Source: Luteimonas sp. (GTDB taxonomy: Bacteria > Pseudomonadota > Gammaproteobacteria > Xanthomonadales > Xanthomonadaceae). Taken from it: 64,000 bases of DNA. The translations under genes and the position numbers were made by a program. Of the stretch, positions 27,074-39,350 are shown in pieces. The notes beneath the pieces were generated by a model. It worked only from the letters and a program-made list of their open reading frames with translations. It was not told the DNA's origin and did not search any database. How positions within the stretch are numbered: position 1 is the first letter of the stretch; every line of letters begins with the position of its first letter. The stretch covers positions 125-64,124 of the forward strand of contig JAKFFJ010000016.1 in assembly GCA_036675265.1 (NCBI GenBank), in the 5' to 3' direction.

Positions 27074-28834
27074 ATGCGTACCCATTACTGCGGCCTCGTC
27101 GACGAGGCGCTGATCGGCCGGACCGTCACCCTGTGCGGCTGGGCGGACGTCGCCCGCAACCTGGGCGGCCTGTGCTTCATCGACCTGCGCGACCACGAAG
27201 GCATCGTCCAGGTGCTGGTGGAGCCGCGGCCCCAAGACGATACGCACGCCGAGGTCATGCGCGTGGCCGCCGATGTCGGCTACGAGGACTGCCTGCGGGT
27301 CACCGGCATGGTGCGCCGCCGCCAGTCCGTCAACGACAAGCTGCGGACGGGGCAGGTCGAGGTGGTGGCGACCGGCATCGAGGTGCTCAACAAGGCCCAG
27401 CCGCTGCCGTTCCACGCCCACGAGAACCCGGGCGAGGACATCCGCCTGAAGTACCGCTACCTGGACCTGCGCACGCCGAAGATGCAGCGGATGATGCGCA
27501 CGCGCATCCGGCTGGTGCAGGCGCTGCGCCGCTGGCTCGATGCGCGCGATTTCCAGGACATCGAGACGCCGATCCTGACCAAGGCCACGCCCGAGGGCGC
27601 GCGTGACTTCCTGGTGCCGGCGCGCATGCACGCGGGCGAGTTCTACGCGTTGCCGCAGTCGCCGCAGTTGTTCAAGCAGATCCTGATGATCGCGGGGTTC
27701 GACCGCTACTACCAGGTCGCGCGCTGCTTCCGCGACGAGGCGCTGCGCGCAGACCGGCAACTGGAGTTCACCCAGCTGGACATGGAGTTCGCCTGGGTCG
27801 ACGAGCAGGTCGTGCAGGACACCGTCGAGCAGATGATGCGCGACGTCTTCCGCGAGGTGATGGCCGTCGAGCTCGGCGCCTTCCCCAGGATGACCTACGC
27901 CGAGGCGATGCGCCGCTACGGGTCCGACAAGCCGGACCTGCGCTTCGAGCTGGAGTTGGTCGACGTCGGCGAGCTGGTGAAGGCCAGCGAGTTCAAGGTG
28001 TTCGCCGACTGGGCCAATGCCGCGGACGGCCGCGTGGCCGCATTGCGCATCCCGGGCGGCGCCACGCTTTCGCGCAAGCAGGTCGACGAGTACGCCGCGC
28101 ACGCCGCGAAGTACGGCGCGAAGGGCCTGGCCTACGTGAAGCTGTCGGAGGCGGGCGAGGTGAGTTCGCCGATCGCCAAGTTCTTCGACGAGGCGGCGTT
28201 CGCGGCGCTGCTGGCGCACGTCGGCGCGGGCAATGGCGACCTGGTGTTCTTCGGCGCGGGCCCCTGGCGCGTTGCCAGCGAGTTCATGGGCGCCGTGCGC
28301 CTGAAGGCCGCGAAGGACTTCGGCCTGGTCACCGACGCGTGGAAGCCCTTGTGGGTCACCGACTTCCCGATGTTCGAGTGGGACGACGAACAGGGCCGCT
28401 ACGTGGCGCTGCACCATCCGTTCACCGCGCCGGCGGTCGACGACGTCGAGGACCTGCGTGCCAACGCGGCCACCGCCGTCTCGCGGGGCTACGACATGGT
28501 GCTCAACGGCAACGAGATCGGCGGCGGCTCGATCCGCATCCACCGCCCCGGGATGCAGGCGGCCGTGTTCGACCTGCTGGGCATCGGCGCGGAGGAGCAG
28601 CGGGCCAAGTTCGGCTTCCTGCTCGACGCGCTGAGGTACGGCGCCCCGCCCCACGGCGGCATCGCGTTCGGCATCGACCGCATCGCCGCGCTGATGGCCG
28701 GCACCGAGTCGATCCGGGACGTCATCGCCTTCCCGAAGACCACGACCGCGCAATGCCTGATGACGGACGCGCCGTCGCCCATCCCGGACGCGCAGCTCGC
28801 CGAGGTGCACATCCGCACCGTCCCCAAGAAATGA
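27074..28834 (+). CDS. aspS: Aspartate--tRNA ligase
   Basis: MRTHYCGLV...[21 protein letters not shown], class II motifs. 586 aa. Confidence 0.97.
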   Translation: MRTHYCGLVDEALIGRTVTLCGWADVARNLGGLCFIDLRDHEGIVQVLVEPRPQDDTHAEVMRVAADVGYEDCLRVTGMVRRRQSVNDKLRTGQVEVVATGIEVLNKAQPLPFHAHENPGEDIRLKYRYLDLRTPKMQRMMRTRIRLVQALRRWLDARDFQDIETPILTKATPEGARDFLVPARMHAGEFYALPQSPQLFKQILMIAGFDRYYQVARCFRDEALRADRQLEFTQLDMEFAWVDEQVVQDTVEQMMRDVFREVMAVELGAFPRMTYAEAMRRYGSDKPDLRFELELVDVGELVKASEFKVFADWANAADGRVAALRIPGGATLSRKQVDEYAAHAAKYGAKGLAYVKLSEAGEVSSPIAKFFDEAAFAALLAHVGAGNGDLVFFGAGPWRVASEFMGAVRLKAAKDFGLVTDAWKPLWVTDFPMFEWDDEQGRYVALHHPFTAPAVDDVEDLRANAATAVSRGYDMVLNGNEIGGGSIRIHRPGMQAAVFDLLGIGAEEQRAKFGFLLDALRYGAPPHGGIAFGIDRIAALMAGTESIRDVIAFPKTTTAQCLMTDAPSPIPDAQLAEVHIRTVPKK

Positions 28835-29379
28835 ACGATGCGGGGGCCGCCATGGCGGCGAATGCGATCCGCCGGGCCAGTGTCGCGGATGCCGACCTGC
28901 TGTCCGCGCTGGCGGCGCGCACGTTCACCGAAACCTTCGGGCACCTGTATCCCGCCGGCGACCTCGCGGCCTTCCTGGACGAGGCCTACGCGCCGGCGCG
29001 CCAGCGCACGATCCTGGCGCATCCGGACTATGCGGTGTGGCTGCTCGAGCACGACGGCGAGGCGATCGGGCATGTCGCCGCGGGCCCATGCGGCCTGCCG
29101 CACCCGGACGTCGCGGCAGGGGACGGCGAGATCAAGCGCCTCTACATCCGCAAGGGGTTCCAGGGCGCAGGCCTGGGCGCGCGGTTGTGCGATGTCGCCA
29201 TGGCATGGCTGTTGCGCGACGGGCCACGCACGCTCTGGGTGGGGGTGTGGTCGGAGAACCACGGAGCGCAGCGGTTCTACGCGCAGTACGGCTTCGCCCA
29301 CGCGGGCGAGTATGTGTTCCCCGTCGGCCGCGTGCGCGATCGCGAGTTCATCTTCCGGCGGCCGGCGGGCACGACGTGA
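28831..29379 (+). CDS. GNAT family N-acetyltransferase
   Basis: [13 protein letters not shown] (acetyl-CoA binding Q/RxxGxG/A) and FYAQYGF motifs. The ATG overlaps the aspS stop (ATGA). Confidence 0.8.
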   Translation: MNDAGAAMAANAIRRASVADADLLSALAARTFTETFGHLYPAGDLAAFLDEAYAPARQRTILAHPDYAVWLLEHDGEAIGHVAAGPCGLPHPDVAAGDGEIKRLYIRKGFQGAGLGARLCDVAMAWLLRDGPRTLWVGVWSENHGAQRFYAQYGFAHAGEYVFPVGRVRDREFIFRRPAGTT

Positions 29380-29996
29380 CGCGCCGTGTCGTCGTGCTGC
29401 ATGGCCTGTGGATGCCGCGCGCATCGATGCACTGGATCGCCCGGCGGTTGGCGGCGGCCGGCTTCGAGCCGGACCTGTTCGCGTACCGCACCGTCCACGG
29501 CGGCCCCGAGGAGGCGATTCCGCGCCTCATGGCCCGGTTGCGCGAGCGTCGCGCCCACGTCGTGGCACACAGCCTGGGCGGCCTGGTGGTCCTCGAGGCG
29601 TTGCGGCGGTCGGAGGGCGTGGCGGTCGGCCGGGTCGTCTGCCTGGGATCGCCATTGCGTGGCAGCGCCGCCGCCACGGGCGTGACCAGCCACAAGTGGG
29701 GGAGCTTCGCCATCGGCCAGAGCGCGGCGCTGCTGCGCCATGGGTGCGCCGCCTGCGCCGCCGGCGTCGAGGTGGGCGTCGTCGCCGGGCGCAAGCCACT
29801 GGGGCTGGGTCGCTTCTTCGGGCACTTCGACGGCGAGAGCGATGGGACGGTGGCCGTGGCGGAAACGCACATCGAGGGCCTCACCGACCACGTGACCGTC
29901 GCCGCCAGCCACACGGGCCTGCTCTTTTCCCGGGAGGCGGCCGACCAGGTCGTGGGATTCCTCCTCACCGGGCGGTTCCGGCACGAGCCGCGCTAA
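29376..29996 (+). CDS. Alpha/beta hydrolase (lipase/esterase-like)
   Basis: VVLHGLW, nucleophile elbow AHSLGG, and a DG..V segment near the C-terminus. The GTG start overlaps the GNAT stop (GTGA). Confidence 0.7.
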   Translation: MTRRVVVLHGLWMPRASMHWIARRLAAAGFEPDLFAYRTVHGGPEEAIPRLMARLRERRAHVVAHSLGGLVVLEALRRSEGVAVGRVVCLGSPLRGSAAATGVTSHKWGSFAIGQSAALLRHGCAACAAGVEVGVVAGRKPLGLGRFFGHFDGESDGTVAVAETHIEGLTDHVTVAASHTGLLFSREAADQVVGFLLTGRFRHEPR

Positions 29997-30029
29997 AATC
30001 GCCGGCTTTCCACGCGCCAGGCACTTTCC

Positions 30030-30746
30030 ATGGGCAGAGGCCCCTCCATCGAGGCCCGCAAGAACGCGGTCGACGCGCGGCGCGGCAAGATCTTCACCAA
30101 GATCATCCGCGAGATCTCCGTGTCCGCCCGCGCAGGGGGCGGTGATCCCGCGACCAATCCCCGCCTGCGCACGGCGATCGACAAGGGCCTGTCGGTCAAC
30201 ATGACCAAGGACGTAATCGAGCGCGCCATCAAGAAGGCCACCGGCGAGCTCGAGGGCGTGGAGTACGAGGAGATCCGTTACGAGGGCTACGCGCCCGGCG
30301 GGGTCGCGGTGATCGTCGATTGCCTGACCGACAACAAGGTGCGCACCGTCGCCGACGTGCGCCACGCGTTCGGCAAGTTCGGCGGCAACCTGGGCACCGA
30401 CGGGTCGGTGGCCTTCATGTTCCGGAAGGTCGGCGTGCTCGGGTATGGACCCGGCGCGGACGAGGACCGCATCACCGAGGCCGCGATCGACGCGGGTGCG
30501 GACGACGTCGTGGCGTATGCCGACGATGGGTCGGTGGAGGTCATGGCGGCGCCGGATGCGTTCGAGTCGGTCAGGGCGGCGATGTGCACGGCGGGACTCC
30601 CGCCTGAACTGGCCGAGGTCACGATGCGCGCCGATACCGACGTGGCCGTGTCCGGCGAGACCGCCGAGCAGGTGTCGAGGCTCCTGGCGTGGCTCGAGGA
30701 CCTGGACGACGTGCAGGCGGTCCATTCCAACGCCGACCTCGGGTAA
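30030..30746 (+). CDS. yebC: YebC/PmpR family DNA-binding transcriptional regulator
   Basis: [29 protein letters not shown].... 238 aa. Conserved position upstream of ruvC. Confidence 0.92.
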   Translation: MGRGPSIEARKNAVDARRGKIFTKIIREISVSARAGGGDPATNPRLRTAIDKGLSVNMTKDVIERAIKKATGELEGVEYEEIRYEGYAPGGVAVIVDCLTDNKVRTVADVRHAFGKFGGNLGTDGSVAFMFRKVGVLGYGPGADEDRITEAAIDAGADDVVAYADDGSVEVMAAPDAFESVRAAMCTAGLPPELAEVTMRADTDVAVSGETAEQVSRLLAWLEDLDDVQAVHSNADLG

Positions 30747-30762
30747 TGGCGTACATTCCGGC

Positions 30763-31284
30763 ATGACCCGCATCTTCGGCATCGATCCCGGTTCGCAGCG
30801 GACCGGCGTGGGCGTGATCGACGTGGACGCGACCGGCCGTTGCACCTACGTCCATTGCGAGGCGCTCGTGTTGCTGGACGCGGCCGATTTCCCGGCCCGG
30901 CTCGGGTTGCTGTGCGACGGCCTGGAGGCGCAGCTGGATCGCTGGCAACCGGACGTGGTCGCCATCGAAACCGTCTTCATGGACAAGAACGCGACCTCGG
31001 CGCTGAAGCTGGGGCACGCGCGCGGCGCGGCGCTGGCGACGGTCGTGCGCCGGCGGCTGGCGGTGCACGAATACTCGCCGCGGCTGGTCAAGCAGTCGCT
31101 GGTCGGCCGTGGCGCGGCGGAGAAGGCGCAGGTCCAGCACATGGTGCGGCTGCTGCTCAACCTGGCCGAAGCCCGGCTGCAGGCCGACGCGGCGGACGCA
31201 CTGGCCGTGGCCCTCACCCATGCGCACATGAGCGCGACCGCGGCGCGCACCGGCGCCAGCGTCGCGTTGCTGAGGAGGCGCTGA
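30763..31284 (+). CDS. ruvC: Holliday junction resolvase RuvC
   Basis: [20 protein letters not shown]...AIETVF...[10 protein letters not shown]. 173 aa. Confidence 0.93.
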   Translation: MTRIFGIDPGSQRTGVGVIDVDATGRCTYVHCEALVLLDAADFPARLGLLCDGLEAQLDRWQPDVVAIETVFMDKNATSALKLGHARGAALATVVRRRLAVHEYSPRLVKQSLVGRGAAEKAQVQHMVRLLLNLAEARLQADAADALAVALTHAHMSATAARTGASVALLRRR

Positions 31285-31874
31285 TGATCGGACGGCTCAA
31301 GGGCATCCTCGTCCACAAGCAGCCACCCTGGCTGGTCGTGGACGTCCACGGCGTGGGCTACGAGCTCGAGGCACCGATGAGCACGTTTTACGACCTGCCC
31401 GAGGCGGGGCGCGAGGTCTCGCTGTTCACGCACTACGCGCAGAAGGAGGACAGCGTGTCGCTGTACGGATTCCTGCGCGAAGGCGAGCGGCGGCTGTTCC
31501 GCGACGTGCAGAAAGTGTCCGGCATCGGCGCGAAGATCGCGCTGGCGGTGCTCTCCGGCACCAGCGTGGATGAGTTCGCGCGCCTGGTCCAGACGGGTGA
31601 CATCACCGCGCTCACGCGCATCCCCGGCATCGGCAAGAAGACCGCCGAGCGCATGGTGGTCGAGCTGCGCGACCGTGCGGCGGACTTCCTGGGCGGCGGC
31701 GCGACCTTCACCGCGGGCGGCGTGCCCGCCGATCCGCAGTCCGAGGCGGTGGTCGCGCTGCAGCAACTGGGCTACAAGCCCGCCGAAGCCGTGCGCATGG
31801 CGCGCGACGCGAAGGCGGAGGGCGACGACGCCGCCGCGATCATCCGGAAGGCACTAAAGTCCGCGCTTCGCTAG
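31284..31874 (+). CDS. ruvA: Holliday junction branch migration complex subunit RuvA
   Basis: [28 protein letters not shown] and HhH motifs ([12 protein letters not shown]). The start shares one base with the ruvC stop (TGATG). Confidence 0.93.
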   Translation: MIGRLKGILVHKQPPWLVVDVHGVGYELEAPMSTFYDLPEAGREVSLFTHYAQKEDSVSLYGFLREGERRLFRDVQKVSGIGAKIALAVLSGTSVDEFARLVQTGDITALTRIPGIGKKTAERMVVELRDRAADFLGGGATFTAGGVPADPQSEAVVALQQLGYKPAEAVRMARDAKAEGDDAAAIIRKALKSALR

Positions 31875-31890
31875 CGCGGCCCTCGAGCTG

Positions 31891-33810
31891 ATGGCAAAGA
31901 CCACGCAATCGCAGGCACCCGCCCACGGCGGTGCGCACGGGCACGGCAAGGCCAGCCTCGCCACGCTGGTGCTCGGCGCGATCGGCGTCGTGTTCGGCGA
32001 CATCGGCACCTCGCCGCTGTACACGCTGAAGGAGGCCTTCAGCCCGCACTACGGGCTCATCGCCAACCACGACACGGTGCTGGGGATCCTGTCGCTGGTG
32101 TTCTGGGCGCTGATGCTGGTGGTCACGCTGAAGTACGTGACCATCATCATGCGCGCCGACAACAACGGCGAGGGCGGCATCATGGCGCTGATGGCGCTGG
32201 CCCAGCGGTCGCTGCGCAAGGGCGGGCGGTCCACGTACCTGGTCGGCATCCTGGGCGTGTTCGGTGCTTCGCTGTTCTTCGGCGACGGCGTGATCACCCC
32301 GGCGATCTCGGTCCTGTCCGCCGTCGAGGGCCTGGAGGTCGCGGCGCCGGAACTCAGCGAATGGATCGTGCCCATCTCGCTGCTGGTGCTCGTCGCCCTG
32401 TTCGCCACCCAGCGCTTCGGCACCGAGAAGGTCGGGCGCGTGTTCGGCCCGGTGACGCTCGTCTGGTTCGTGGTGCTGGCCGTGCTGGGCGTGGTGAACA
32501 TCCTCCGCGAGCCGGAAGTCCTGCAGGCCATCAATCCCGCGTGGGGATGGCGGTTCTTCGCCGAGCACCAGGTCGGCGGGGTCTTCATCCTGGGCGCCGT
32601 GGTGCTGGCGGTTACCGGCGGCGAGGCGATCTACACCGACATGGGCCACTTCGGCGCGCGGCCGATCCGGCTGGCCTGGTATTTCTTCGTCCTGCCGGCA
32701 CTGATGCTCAACTACCTGGGGCAGGGCGCACTGGTGCTGGAAGACCCGTCCGCCATCCGCAACCCGTTCTACGTCGGCGTGCCCGAGTGGGGCCGGATGC
32801 CGATGGTCGTGCTGGCGACCGCGGCCACCGTGATCGCGTCGCAGGCAGTGATCACCGGCGGCTTCTCGGTCGCGCGCCAGGCGATGCAGCTGGGCTACAT
32901 CCCGCGCATGGCGATCCGCCACACGTCCCGCGAGACCATCGGGCAGATCTACATCCCGGCGATCAACTGGTCGATGATGGTGATCGTGGTCGGCCTGGTG
33001 CTCGGCTTCGGCAGCTCGTCGTCGCTGGCCACCGCGTACGGCATCTCCGTGTCGATGACGATGCTGATCGACACGTTGCTGCTGGCGATCGTCGCCCGCG
33101 CGCTGTGGCCGACCTGGCGTGCGTGGGTGCTGCCGCTGTGCGTCGTGTTCTTCGTCGCGGACGTCGGCTTCGTGATCGCCAACGGCGCGAAGATCTTCCA
33201 GGGCGGCTGGTTCCCGGTGGTGCTGGGCCTGGTGCTGTTCACGCTGCTGCGTACGTGGCGCCACGGCCGGCAGCTGCTGCACGAGGAAGTCCGCAAGGAA
33301 GGCATCCAGCTGGACACCTTCCTGCCGGGCCTGATGCTCGCGCCGCCGGTGCGGGTCCCCGGCACGGCGGTGTTCCTGACCGCGGACAAGGACGTGGTGC
33401 CCCACGCACTGCTGCACAACCTCAAGCACAACAAGGTGCTGCACGAGCGCAACGTGTTCCTGACCGTCGAGACGCTGGACATCCCGTACGCGGAGCCCGG
33501 GCGGCGCCTGCGCATCAGCGAGATCGGCAACGACTTCCACCGGGTGCTGATCCGGTTCGGCTTCATGGAAACCCCGGACGTGCCGCTGGCGCTCATGCGT
33601 TCCTGCGACCAGGGCGGGATCCATTTCGACCCCATGGAGACGACGTATTTCGCCAGCCGGGAAACCATCGTGGCCAGCCGCCACCGCGGCATGCCCATCT
33701 GGCGCGACAAGCTGTTCGCGGTCATGCACCGCAACGCCGCGCCGGCCAGCGGCTTCTTCCGCATCCCCGGCAACCGCCTCGTCGAGCTCGGGTCCCAGGT
33801 CGAGATCTGA
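31891..33810 (+). CDS. kup: Potassium uptake transporter Kup
   Basis: [23 protein letters not shown] is the hallmark KUP N-terminus. 639 aa. Confidence 0.95.
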   Translation: MAKTTQSQAPAHGGAHGHGKASLATLVLGAIGVVFGDIGTSPLYTLKEAFSPHYGLIANHDTVLGILSLVFWALMLVVTLKYVTIIMRADNNGEGGIMALMALAQRSLRKGGRSTYLVGILGVFGASLFFGDGVITPAISVLSAVEGLEVAAPELSEWIVPISLLVLVALFATQRFGTEKVGRVFGPVTLVWFVVLAVLGVVNILREPEVLQAINPAWGWRFFAEHQVGGVFILGAVVLAVTGGEAIYTDMGHFGARPIRLAWYFFVLPALMLNYLGQGALVLEDPSAIRNPFYVGVPEWGRMPMVVLATAATVIASQAVITGGFSVARQAMQLGYIPRMAIRHTSRETIGQIYIPAINWSMMVIVVGLVLGFGSSSSLATAYGISVSMTMLIDTLLLAIVARALWPTWRAWVLPLCVVFFVADVGFVIANGAKIFQGGWFPVVLGLVLFTLLRTWRHGRQLLHEEVRKEGIQLDTFLPGLMLAPPVRVPGTAVFLTADKDVVPHALLHNLKHNKVLHERNVFLTVETLDIPYAEPGRRLRISEIGNDFHRVLIRFGFMETPDVPLALMRSCDQGGIHFDPMETTYFASRETIVASRHRGMPIWRDKLFAVMHRNAAPASGFFRIPGNRLVELGSQVEI

Positions 33811-33864
33811 GTGGTTCTTCGCTAACAGCCGGCGCGCATTGAAGGGTATGCCTCGGGCCGCCGT

Positions 33865-33958
33865 CATGCGCGGGAGTGGTTTGTCCGGCGTGACGGCGTC
33901 CTGCCTTTAACGCCGGCCGCAGGCCATCCATGGCCTGCTCAAACCACTCCCACGCATG
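33865..33958. repeat. REP-like nested palindromic element in the kup-ruvB spacer
   Basis: 19-nt arms CATGCGCGGGAGTGGTTTG / CAAACCACTCCCACGCATG with 1 mismatch. They enclose the perfect hairpin GCAGGCCAT-CC-ATGGCCTGC (33919..33938). Confidence 0.5.
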
Positions 33959-34067
33959 CCGACGGCCTCCGGATCTGGCCGGCGCGCCGAGGCGTGAATG
34001 CGTTTGCTCTTGAGCCGCTACGAGCCGGCGATGTTGCAAGGCGCGGTCGTGGTGGCGGGACGGGACA

Positions 34068-34091
34068 CTCAGCGCCATGGATGGCGCTGAG
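34068..34091. repeat. Palindromic hairpin CTCAGCGCCAT-GG-ATGGCGCTGAG
   Basis: Perfect 11-bp stem. Its core CCATGGATGG is the reverse complement of the core of the hairpin at 33919..33938. Confidence 0.5.
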
Positions 34092-34181
34092 TAGCCTACA
34101 TGGACGTACTTGCGGCGGGTCCCGGCACGGCACCACGGCCGCGCCCCGCGCACGTCCGGCGGGAACGGGGATAATGGCGGC

Positions 34182-35225
34182 ATGAGCGAAGTCGAGCGGG
34201 TGGTGGCGGCGGTCGAGAGCGAGGAGGACGCGGCGATCGAGGCGTCGATCCGGCCGCGGCGCCTGGACGAGTACCTCGGCCAGCAGCCCGTCCGCGAGCA
34301 GCTGCAGATCTACATCGAGGCCGCGAAGGGCCGTGGCGAGGCGCTCGACCACGTGCTGGTCTTCGGCCCACCCGGGCTCGGCAAGACCACGCTCGCCCAC
34401 GTCATCGCCAACGAACTGGGCGTCGGGCTGCGGCAGACCTCCGGCCCGGTGATAGAGAAGGCAGGCGACCTGGCGGCGTTGCTGACCAACCTGCAGCCGC
34501 ACGACGTGCTGTTCGTCGACGAGATCCACCGGCTGTCGCCGGCGATCGAGGAAGTCCTGTACCCCGCGATGGAGGACTTCCAGCTCGACATCATGATCGG
34601 CGAGGGGCCCGCCGCCCGCTCGATCAAGCTCGACCTGCCGCCCTTCACGCTGATCGGCGCGACCACCCGCGCCGGCCTGCTGACCGCGCCGCTGCGCGAC
34701 CGCTTCGGCATCGTGCAGCGCCTGGAGTTCTATTCGCCGGAGGAGCTGGCGCGGATCGTGCGCCGCTCCGCGAAGATCCTGGCCATCGACTGCGACGCGG
34801 AAGGCGCCGGCGAGATCGCCCGGCGCTCGCGAGGGACGCCGCGCATCGCCAACCGGTTGCTGCGCCGCGTGCGCGACTTCGCCCAGGTCCGGGCCGGCGG
34901 GCACATCGACCACGAGGTGGCCGACGCGGCCATGAAGATGCTCAAGGTGGACCCGGAGGGGTTCGACGAGCTGGACCGGCGCCTGCTGCGGACGATCGTG
35001 GAGGCCTTCGACGGGGGACCGGTCGGCGTCGAGTCGCTGGCCGCGGCGCTCAGCGAGGAGCGCGGCACGCTGGAGGACGTGATCGAGCCCTACCTGATCC
35101 AGCAGGGTTACCTGGTGCGCACCGCCCGGGGCCGGATGGCGTCGGCGAAGGCCTATCGCCACCTCGGCCTCAAGCCGAAGACCGGCGCGGCGGACCTGTT
35201 CGGCGACCATCCCGGCGGACCCTGA
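34182..35225 (+). CDS. ruvB: Holliday junction DNA helicase RuvB
   Basis: [14 protein letters not shown], Walker [16 protein letters not shown]. 347 aa. Confidence 0.97.
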   Translation: MSEVERVVAAVESEEDAAIEASIRPRRLDEYLGQQPVREQLQIYIEAAKGRGEALDHVLVFGPPGLGKTTLAHVIANELGVGLRQTSGPVIEKAGDLAALLTNLQPHDVLFVDEIHRLSPAIEEVLYPAMEDFQLDIMIGEGPAARSIKLDLPPFTLIGATTRAGLLTAPLRDRFGIVQRLEFYSPEELARIVRRSAKILAIDCDAEGAGEIARRSRGTPRIANRLLRRVRDFAQVRAGGHIDHEVADAAMKMLKVDPEGFDELDRRLLRTIVEAFDGGPVGVESLAAALSEERGTLEDVIEPYLIQQGYLVRTARGRMASAKAYRHLGLKPKTGAADLFGDHPGGP

Positions 35226-35229
35226 ACCG

Positions 35230-35640
35230 GTGTTCAGTTGGCCGACACGCGTCTACTGGGAGGATACGGACGCCGGGGGAGTGGTCTACCACGCGCAGTA
35301 CCTGGCCTTCCTCGAACGCGCGCGCTCGGAATGGCTGCGCGCGCGGGGGGTGGCCCAGGACCGGCTGCGCGCGGAACACGACCTGGTGTTCGCGGTGCGG
35401 GCGATGCGGATCGACTTCCGCGCGCCTGCCCGGCTGGACGACCTGCTGGACGTGTCGGTCGCGGTACGCGACTGCCGCAAGGCGAGCCTGGTCTTCGCGC
35501 AGGCGGTCCATCGCGGTGGCGTGCTGCTGGTCGACGCCGAGGTCCGGGTGGCGGCGCTGCGCGCCTCCGACTTCAGGCCACGGCCGATCCCGCAACAGCT
35601 GCAAGACAACCTGGCTTCCCCGGAGACCCCGCCCCAATGA
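35230..35640 (+). CDS. ybgC: Tol-Pal system-associated acyl-CoA thioesterase YbgC
   Basis: RVYWEDTDAGGVVYHAQYLAFLERARSEWL (4HBT hotdog fold). Lies immediately upstream of tolQ. Confidence 0.85.
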   Translation: MFSWPTRVYWEDTDAGGVVYHAQYLAFLERARSEWLRARGVAQDRLRAEHDLVFAVRAMRIDFRAPARLDDLLDVSVAVRDCRKASLVFAQAVHRGGVLLVDAEVRVAALRASDFRPRPIPQQLQDNLASPETPPQ

Positions 35641-36404
35641 ACCTGCTGCCCCTGCTTGCCGTCGCGGTCGAGCCGCTCCCCCAGGACACCGTCGCCGGCA
35701 TCGAGGAACTGACGGCCGGCGCGCCCCCCGGCGGCAGCGGCGAACTGGACATGCTGCAGCTGATCATCCACGCCTCGCTGCCCGTGCAGCTGGTGATGCT
35801 GCTGCTGCTGTTCGCCTCGGTGGCGTCGTGGGTGATCATCTTCCGCAAGAAGAAGGTGCTCGACCGCGCCGAGCGCGAAGCCGAGGCGTTCGAGGAACGC
35901 TTCTGGTCCGGCGCCGACCTGACCAAGCTCTATGCGGGCGCCAGCCAGCGCAACCGCGAGGTCGGGGGCATGGAATCCATCTTCGAGGCCGGCTTCCGCG
36001 AGTTCTCGCGCCAGCGCCGGGTCGCCGACAGCCGCATGCAACTGGAAGGCGCGCAGCGCGGCATGCGCGTGGCCACCGCGCGCGAACTGGACGGCCTGGA
36101 GCACAACCTGGAGTTCCTGGCCAACGTCGGGTCGATCGCGCCCTACGTCGGCCTGTTCGGCACGGTATGGGGCATCATGATCTCGTTCCAGGGCCTGGCG
36201 AACGTCAAGGAAGCGACGATCGCCACGGTCGCGCCAGGCATTTCCGAGGCGCTGATCGCGACCGCGATGGGCTTGTTCGCCGCCATCCCGGCCGTCTGGG
36301 CGTACAACCGCTTCGCCACGAAGGTCGAGCGCATCGCCGTGCGCTACGAGGCGTTCTCCGAGGAGTTCGCCTCGATCCTCGAGCGCCAGGCGCACGTGGA
36401 GTAG
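35637..36404 (+). CDS. tolQ: Tol-Pal system protein TolQ
   Basis: MotA/TolQ/ExbB channel motifs (ASWVIIFRK, IAPYVGLFGTVWGIM). The ATG overlaps the ybgC stop. An alternative internal start at 35751 (MLQLIIHASLP) would match the E. coli length better. Confidence 0.9.
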   Translation: MNLLPLLAVAVEPLPQDTVAGIEELTAGAPPGGSGELDMLQLIIHASLPVQLVMLLLLFASVASWVIIFRKKKVLDRAEREAEAFEERFWSGADLTKLYAGASQRNREVGGMESIFEAGFREFSRQRRVADSRMQLEGAQRGMRVATARELDGLEHNLEFLANVGSIAPYVGLFGTVWGIMISFQGLANVKEATIATVAPGISEALIATAMGLFAAIPAVWAYNRFATKVERIAVRYEAFSEEFASILERQAHVE

Positions 36405-36408
36405 GGCG

Positions 36409-36855
<447 letters not shown>

Positions 36856-36865
36856 TCGCCCGACC

Positions 36866-37819
36866 ATGAGGGAAACCCGCGCCGATACCGTGCAGGCGAC
36901 CGTGCTGGCCCTGGGCCTGCACCTGTTGCTGTTCGCCATCGCATTCCTGGGCATCTGGTGGACCCGCAACACCGCGCCGGTGTCGGCGGCCGGGCCGGTC
37001 ATCGAGGCGGAGCTGATCGATGCAGACGCGCTTTCGGAATCGATGCGGCGCGTGCTCCAGGAACGCCCCGATCCCGTCCAGCCCGCAGCCGCGGAGCCCG
37101 AGCCACAGCCCGTCGAGCGCGAGACCATCCCGCCACCCCAGCCGGTGATCGAGCCGGTACCGCAGGATTCCCCCGTCCCGCCGCAACCGGACGCCCAGGC
37201 ACAGGTTCCCGAACCGGACGTCGTCGAGCAGGAACGCGCTTCGGCGCAGGCGATTTCCGACCGGGAAGCCGCGGAACGCGAGCAGGAGGAACGTCGGCGC
37301 CAGGAGCAGATCGACCTGACCGAGCGCGAGCGGCAGGAAGAGGCGGAACGCCAGCGTCGCCGCTCCGAAATGGAGCGCCAGCGCGAGGCGCAGCTCGCCG
37401 ACATCCGTCGCCGGCGCGAAGCGGCCGCGCGCGAGGCCGAACTGGCCCAGCAGAAACTCGACCAGCTGGAAGCCGCGCAGGAAGCCGCCCGGATGGATGC
37501 GGCAAGCCCGCCGCCGGGCAATGCCGGGGACAGCACCGACCTGACCGCGCGCTACGCGGCCGCGTTGACGGAAGCGATCCTGCGCCAGTGGACCCGCCCG
37601 GACACCGTTCCACTGGGCCAACGGTGCCGGATCGTGATCCGCCAGATCCCGGGCGGCGAGGTGATCGACGCCGAGGTCGACCCCAGTTGCCCCTACGACG
37701 AGCGTGGTCGCCGCTCGATCGAGGCGGCCGTGCTGAAGGCGCAGCCACTGCCGTATGCCGGCTTCGAATCCGTGTTCGCGCGCACGCTGACCCTCAATTT
37801 CGAGGCCGCGGACCGCTGA
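36866..37819 (+). CDS. tolA: Tol-Pal system protein TolA
   Basis: N-terminal TM, a central Glu/Arg/Ala/Gln-rich helical domain, and a C-terminal TolA/TonB-like domain. Position between tolR and tolB. Confidence 0.82.
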   Translation: MRETRADTVQATVLALGLHLLLFAIAFLGIWWTRNTAPVSAAGPVIEAELIDADALSESMRRVLQERPDPVQPAAAEPEPQPVERETIPPPQPVIEPVPQDSPVPPQPDAQAQVPEPDVVEQERASAQAISDREAAEREQEERRRQEQIDLTERERQEEAERQRRRSEMERQREAQLADIRRRREAAAREAELAQQKLDQLEAAQEAARMDAASPPPGNAGDSTDLTARYAAALTEAILRQWTRPDTVPLGQRCRIVIRQIPGGEVIDAEVDPSCPYDERGRRSIEAAVLKAQPLPYAGFESVFARTLTLNFEAADR

Positions 37820-37911
37820 CGCCCCCAGCGCACAGCCCCCGTTCATCTTTGAGACGTCGTTAACGGCCAAGCTGTTAAGACGGTTCAGCCCCCGCTATCG
37901 AAGGATTCGAG

Positions 37912-39261
37912 ATGCAACGACCGCTCCCCCGGCCACTCGGCCGGTTTTCGTTCGTCACCGCGCTGGCCTGCCTCCTGGCGCTGCTGCTGCCGATGGCCGC
38001 CGCTGCGCAGCAGCAGGGCCTGGAAATCGACATCGTCGGCGGTAACGCCGCCGCCCTGCCGATCGCCGTGGTCCCGATGCCCTACGAGGGCACGGCCGGC
38101 ACGCCACCGACGGACATCGCCGCGGTCGTCAGTGCGGACCTCAACCGGTCAGGCCAGTTCCGTGTCCTGCCCGGGATCGACCTGGTCGAGCGCCCGACGC
38201 GCGGCAGCGAGATCCGTTACCCGACCTGGCGCGCGTTGCGCCAGGACTTCATCGTCGTCGGCCGCGTCCTGGACGCCGGCGGCGGGGCCTACCGCGTCGA
38301 GTACGAACTGTTCGACGTCGCCCGGCAGGAGCGCCTGCTCGGCCTGGCGCTGACCGCACCGGGCGCCGCGTTGCGCGATGTCGCCCACCAGGTCGCCGAC
38401 GCGATCTACGAGCGGGTCCTCGGCGTGCGGGGCGCGTTCTGGACGCGCATGGCCTACGTGACCGCCAGTGGCGTGGGCCGCGACACGCGCTATGCGTTGA
38501 TGGTCGCCGATGCCGATGGCTGGAACCCGCAGGAAGTGGTGCGATCGGCCGAACCGCTGCTATCGCCGTCGTGGAGCCCGGATGGCAGCAAGCTCGCCTA
38601 TGTCAGCTTCGAGCGCGGCAATTCTGAAATCTACCTGCAGGACATTTCCACCGGCGCGCGCCAGGTGCTGGCCAGCTTCAAGGGCATCAACGGCGCCCCG
38701 GCGTTCTCGCCCGACGGCCGCAGGCTGGCGTTGACGCTGTCGAAGGGCGGCAACCCCGACATCTACGTGATGGACCTGGGCAGCAAGGCGCTGCGCCAGG
38801 TGACCGACCACTACGGCATCGACACCGAGCCGGCCTGGAGCCCCGACGGACAGTCGCTGTATTTCACCTCGGACCGGGGCGGCAAGCCGCAGATCTACCA
38901 GGTGCCCGCAGGCGGCGGCAGCGCCAGCCGGATCACCTTCCAGGGCGACTACAACGCGACGCCCAGCGTGTCCTGGGACGGCAAGCAGATCGCCGTGGCG
39001 CAGGGCAACGGCAACCAGTACCGGATCGCGCTGCTGGACCGCAGCCTGGGATCGCCGCGCTGGAGCGCGCTGTCGCCGGGCTCGCTCGACGAGTCGCCCA
39101 GTTTCGCCCCGAACGCGAGCATGCTGCTGTATGCGGCGCGCGAGGGCCGGCGGGGCGTGCTCTACGCGGTCTCGACCGACGGGCGCGTCCGGCAGCGGCT
39201 GGTGCTCGCCGACGGCGACGTCCGCGAGCCTGCCTGGGGCCCCTACCGCCAGCGTCGCTGA
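37912..39261 (+). CDS. tolB: Tol-Pal system beta-propeller protein TolB
   Basis: Signal peptide, repeated PxWSPDG blades ([38 protein letters not shown]). 449 aa. Confidence 0.95.
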   Translation: MQRPLPRPLGRFSFVTALACLLALLLPMAAAAQQQGLEIDIVGGNAAALPIAVVPMPYEGTAGTPPTDIAAVVSADLNRSGQFRVLPGIDLVERPTRGSEIRYPTWRALRQDFIVVGRVLDAGGGAYRVEYELFDVARQERLLGLALTAPGAALRDVAHQVADAIYERVLGVRGAFWTRMAYVTASGVGRDTRYALMVADADGWNPQEVVRSAEPLLSPSWSPDGSKLAYVSFERGNSEIYLQDISTGARQVLASFKGINGAPAFSPDGRRLALTLSKGGNPDIYVMDLGSKALRQVTDHYGIDTEPAWSPDGQSLYFTSDRGGKPQIYQVPAGGGSASRITFQGDYNATPSVSWDGKQIAVAQGNGNQYRIALLDRSLGSPRWSALSPGSLDESPSFAPNASMLLYAAREGRRGVLYAVSTDGRVRQRLVLADGDVREPAWGPYRQRR

Positions 39262-39350
39262 CGACCCATGCACAGCTGAACGCGCACCCTGTTGCAACCG
39301 CGGTACCCGACAGTCCCACGCACCATCCGCATAGACGAGGATCGACGACG

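Noticed and set aside
31891-33810. kup as cargo of a mobile element inserted into ruvAB
   Set aside because: There is no transposase, integrase, terminal inverted repeats or target duplication, and GC content and codon usage look native. It is kept only as a synteny curiosity.
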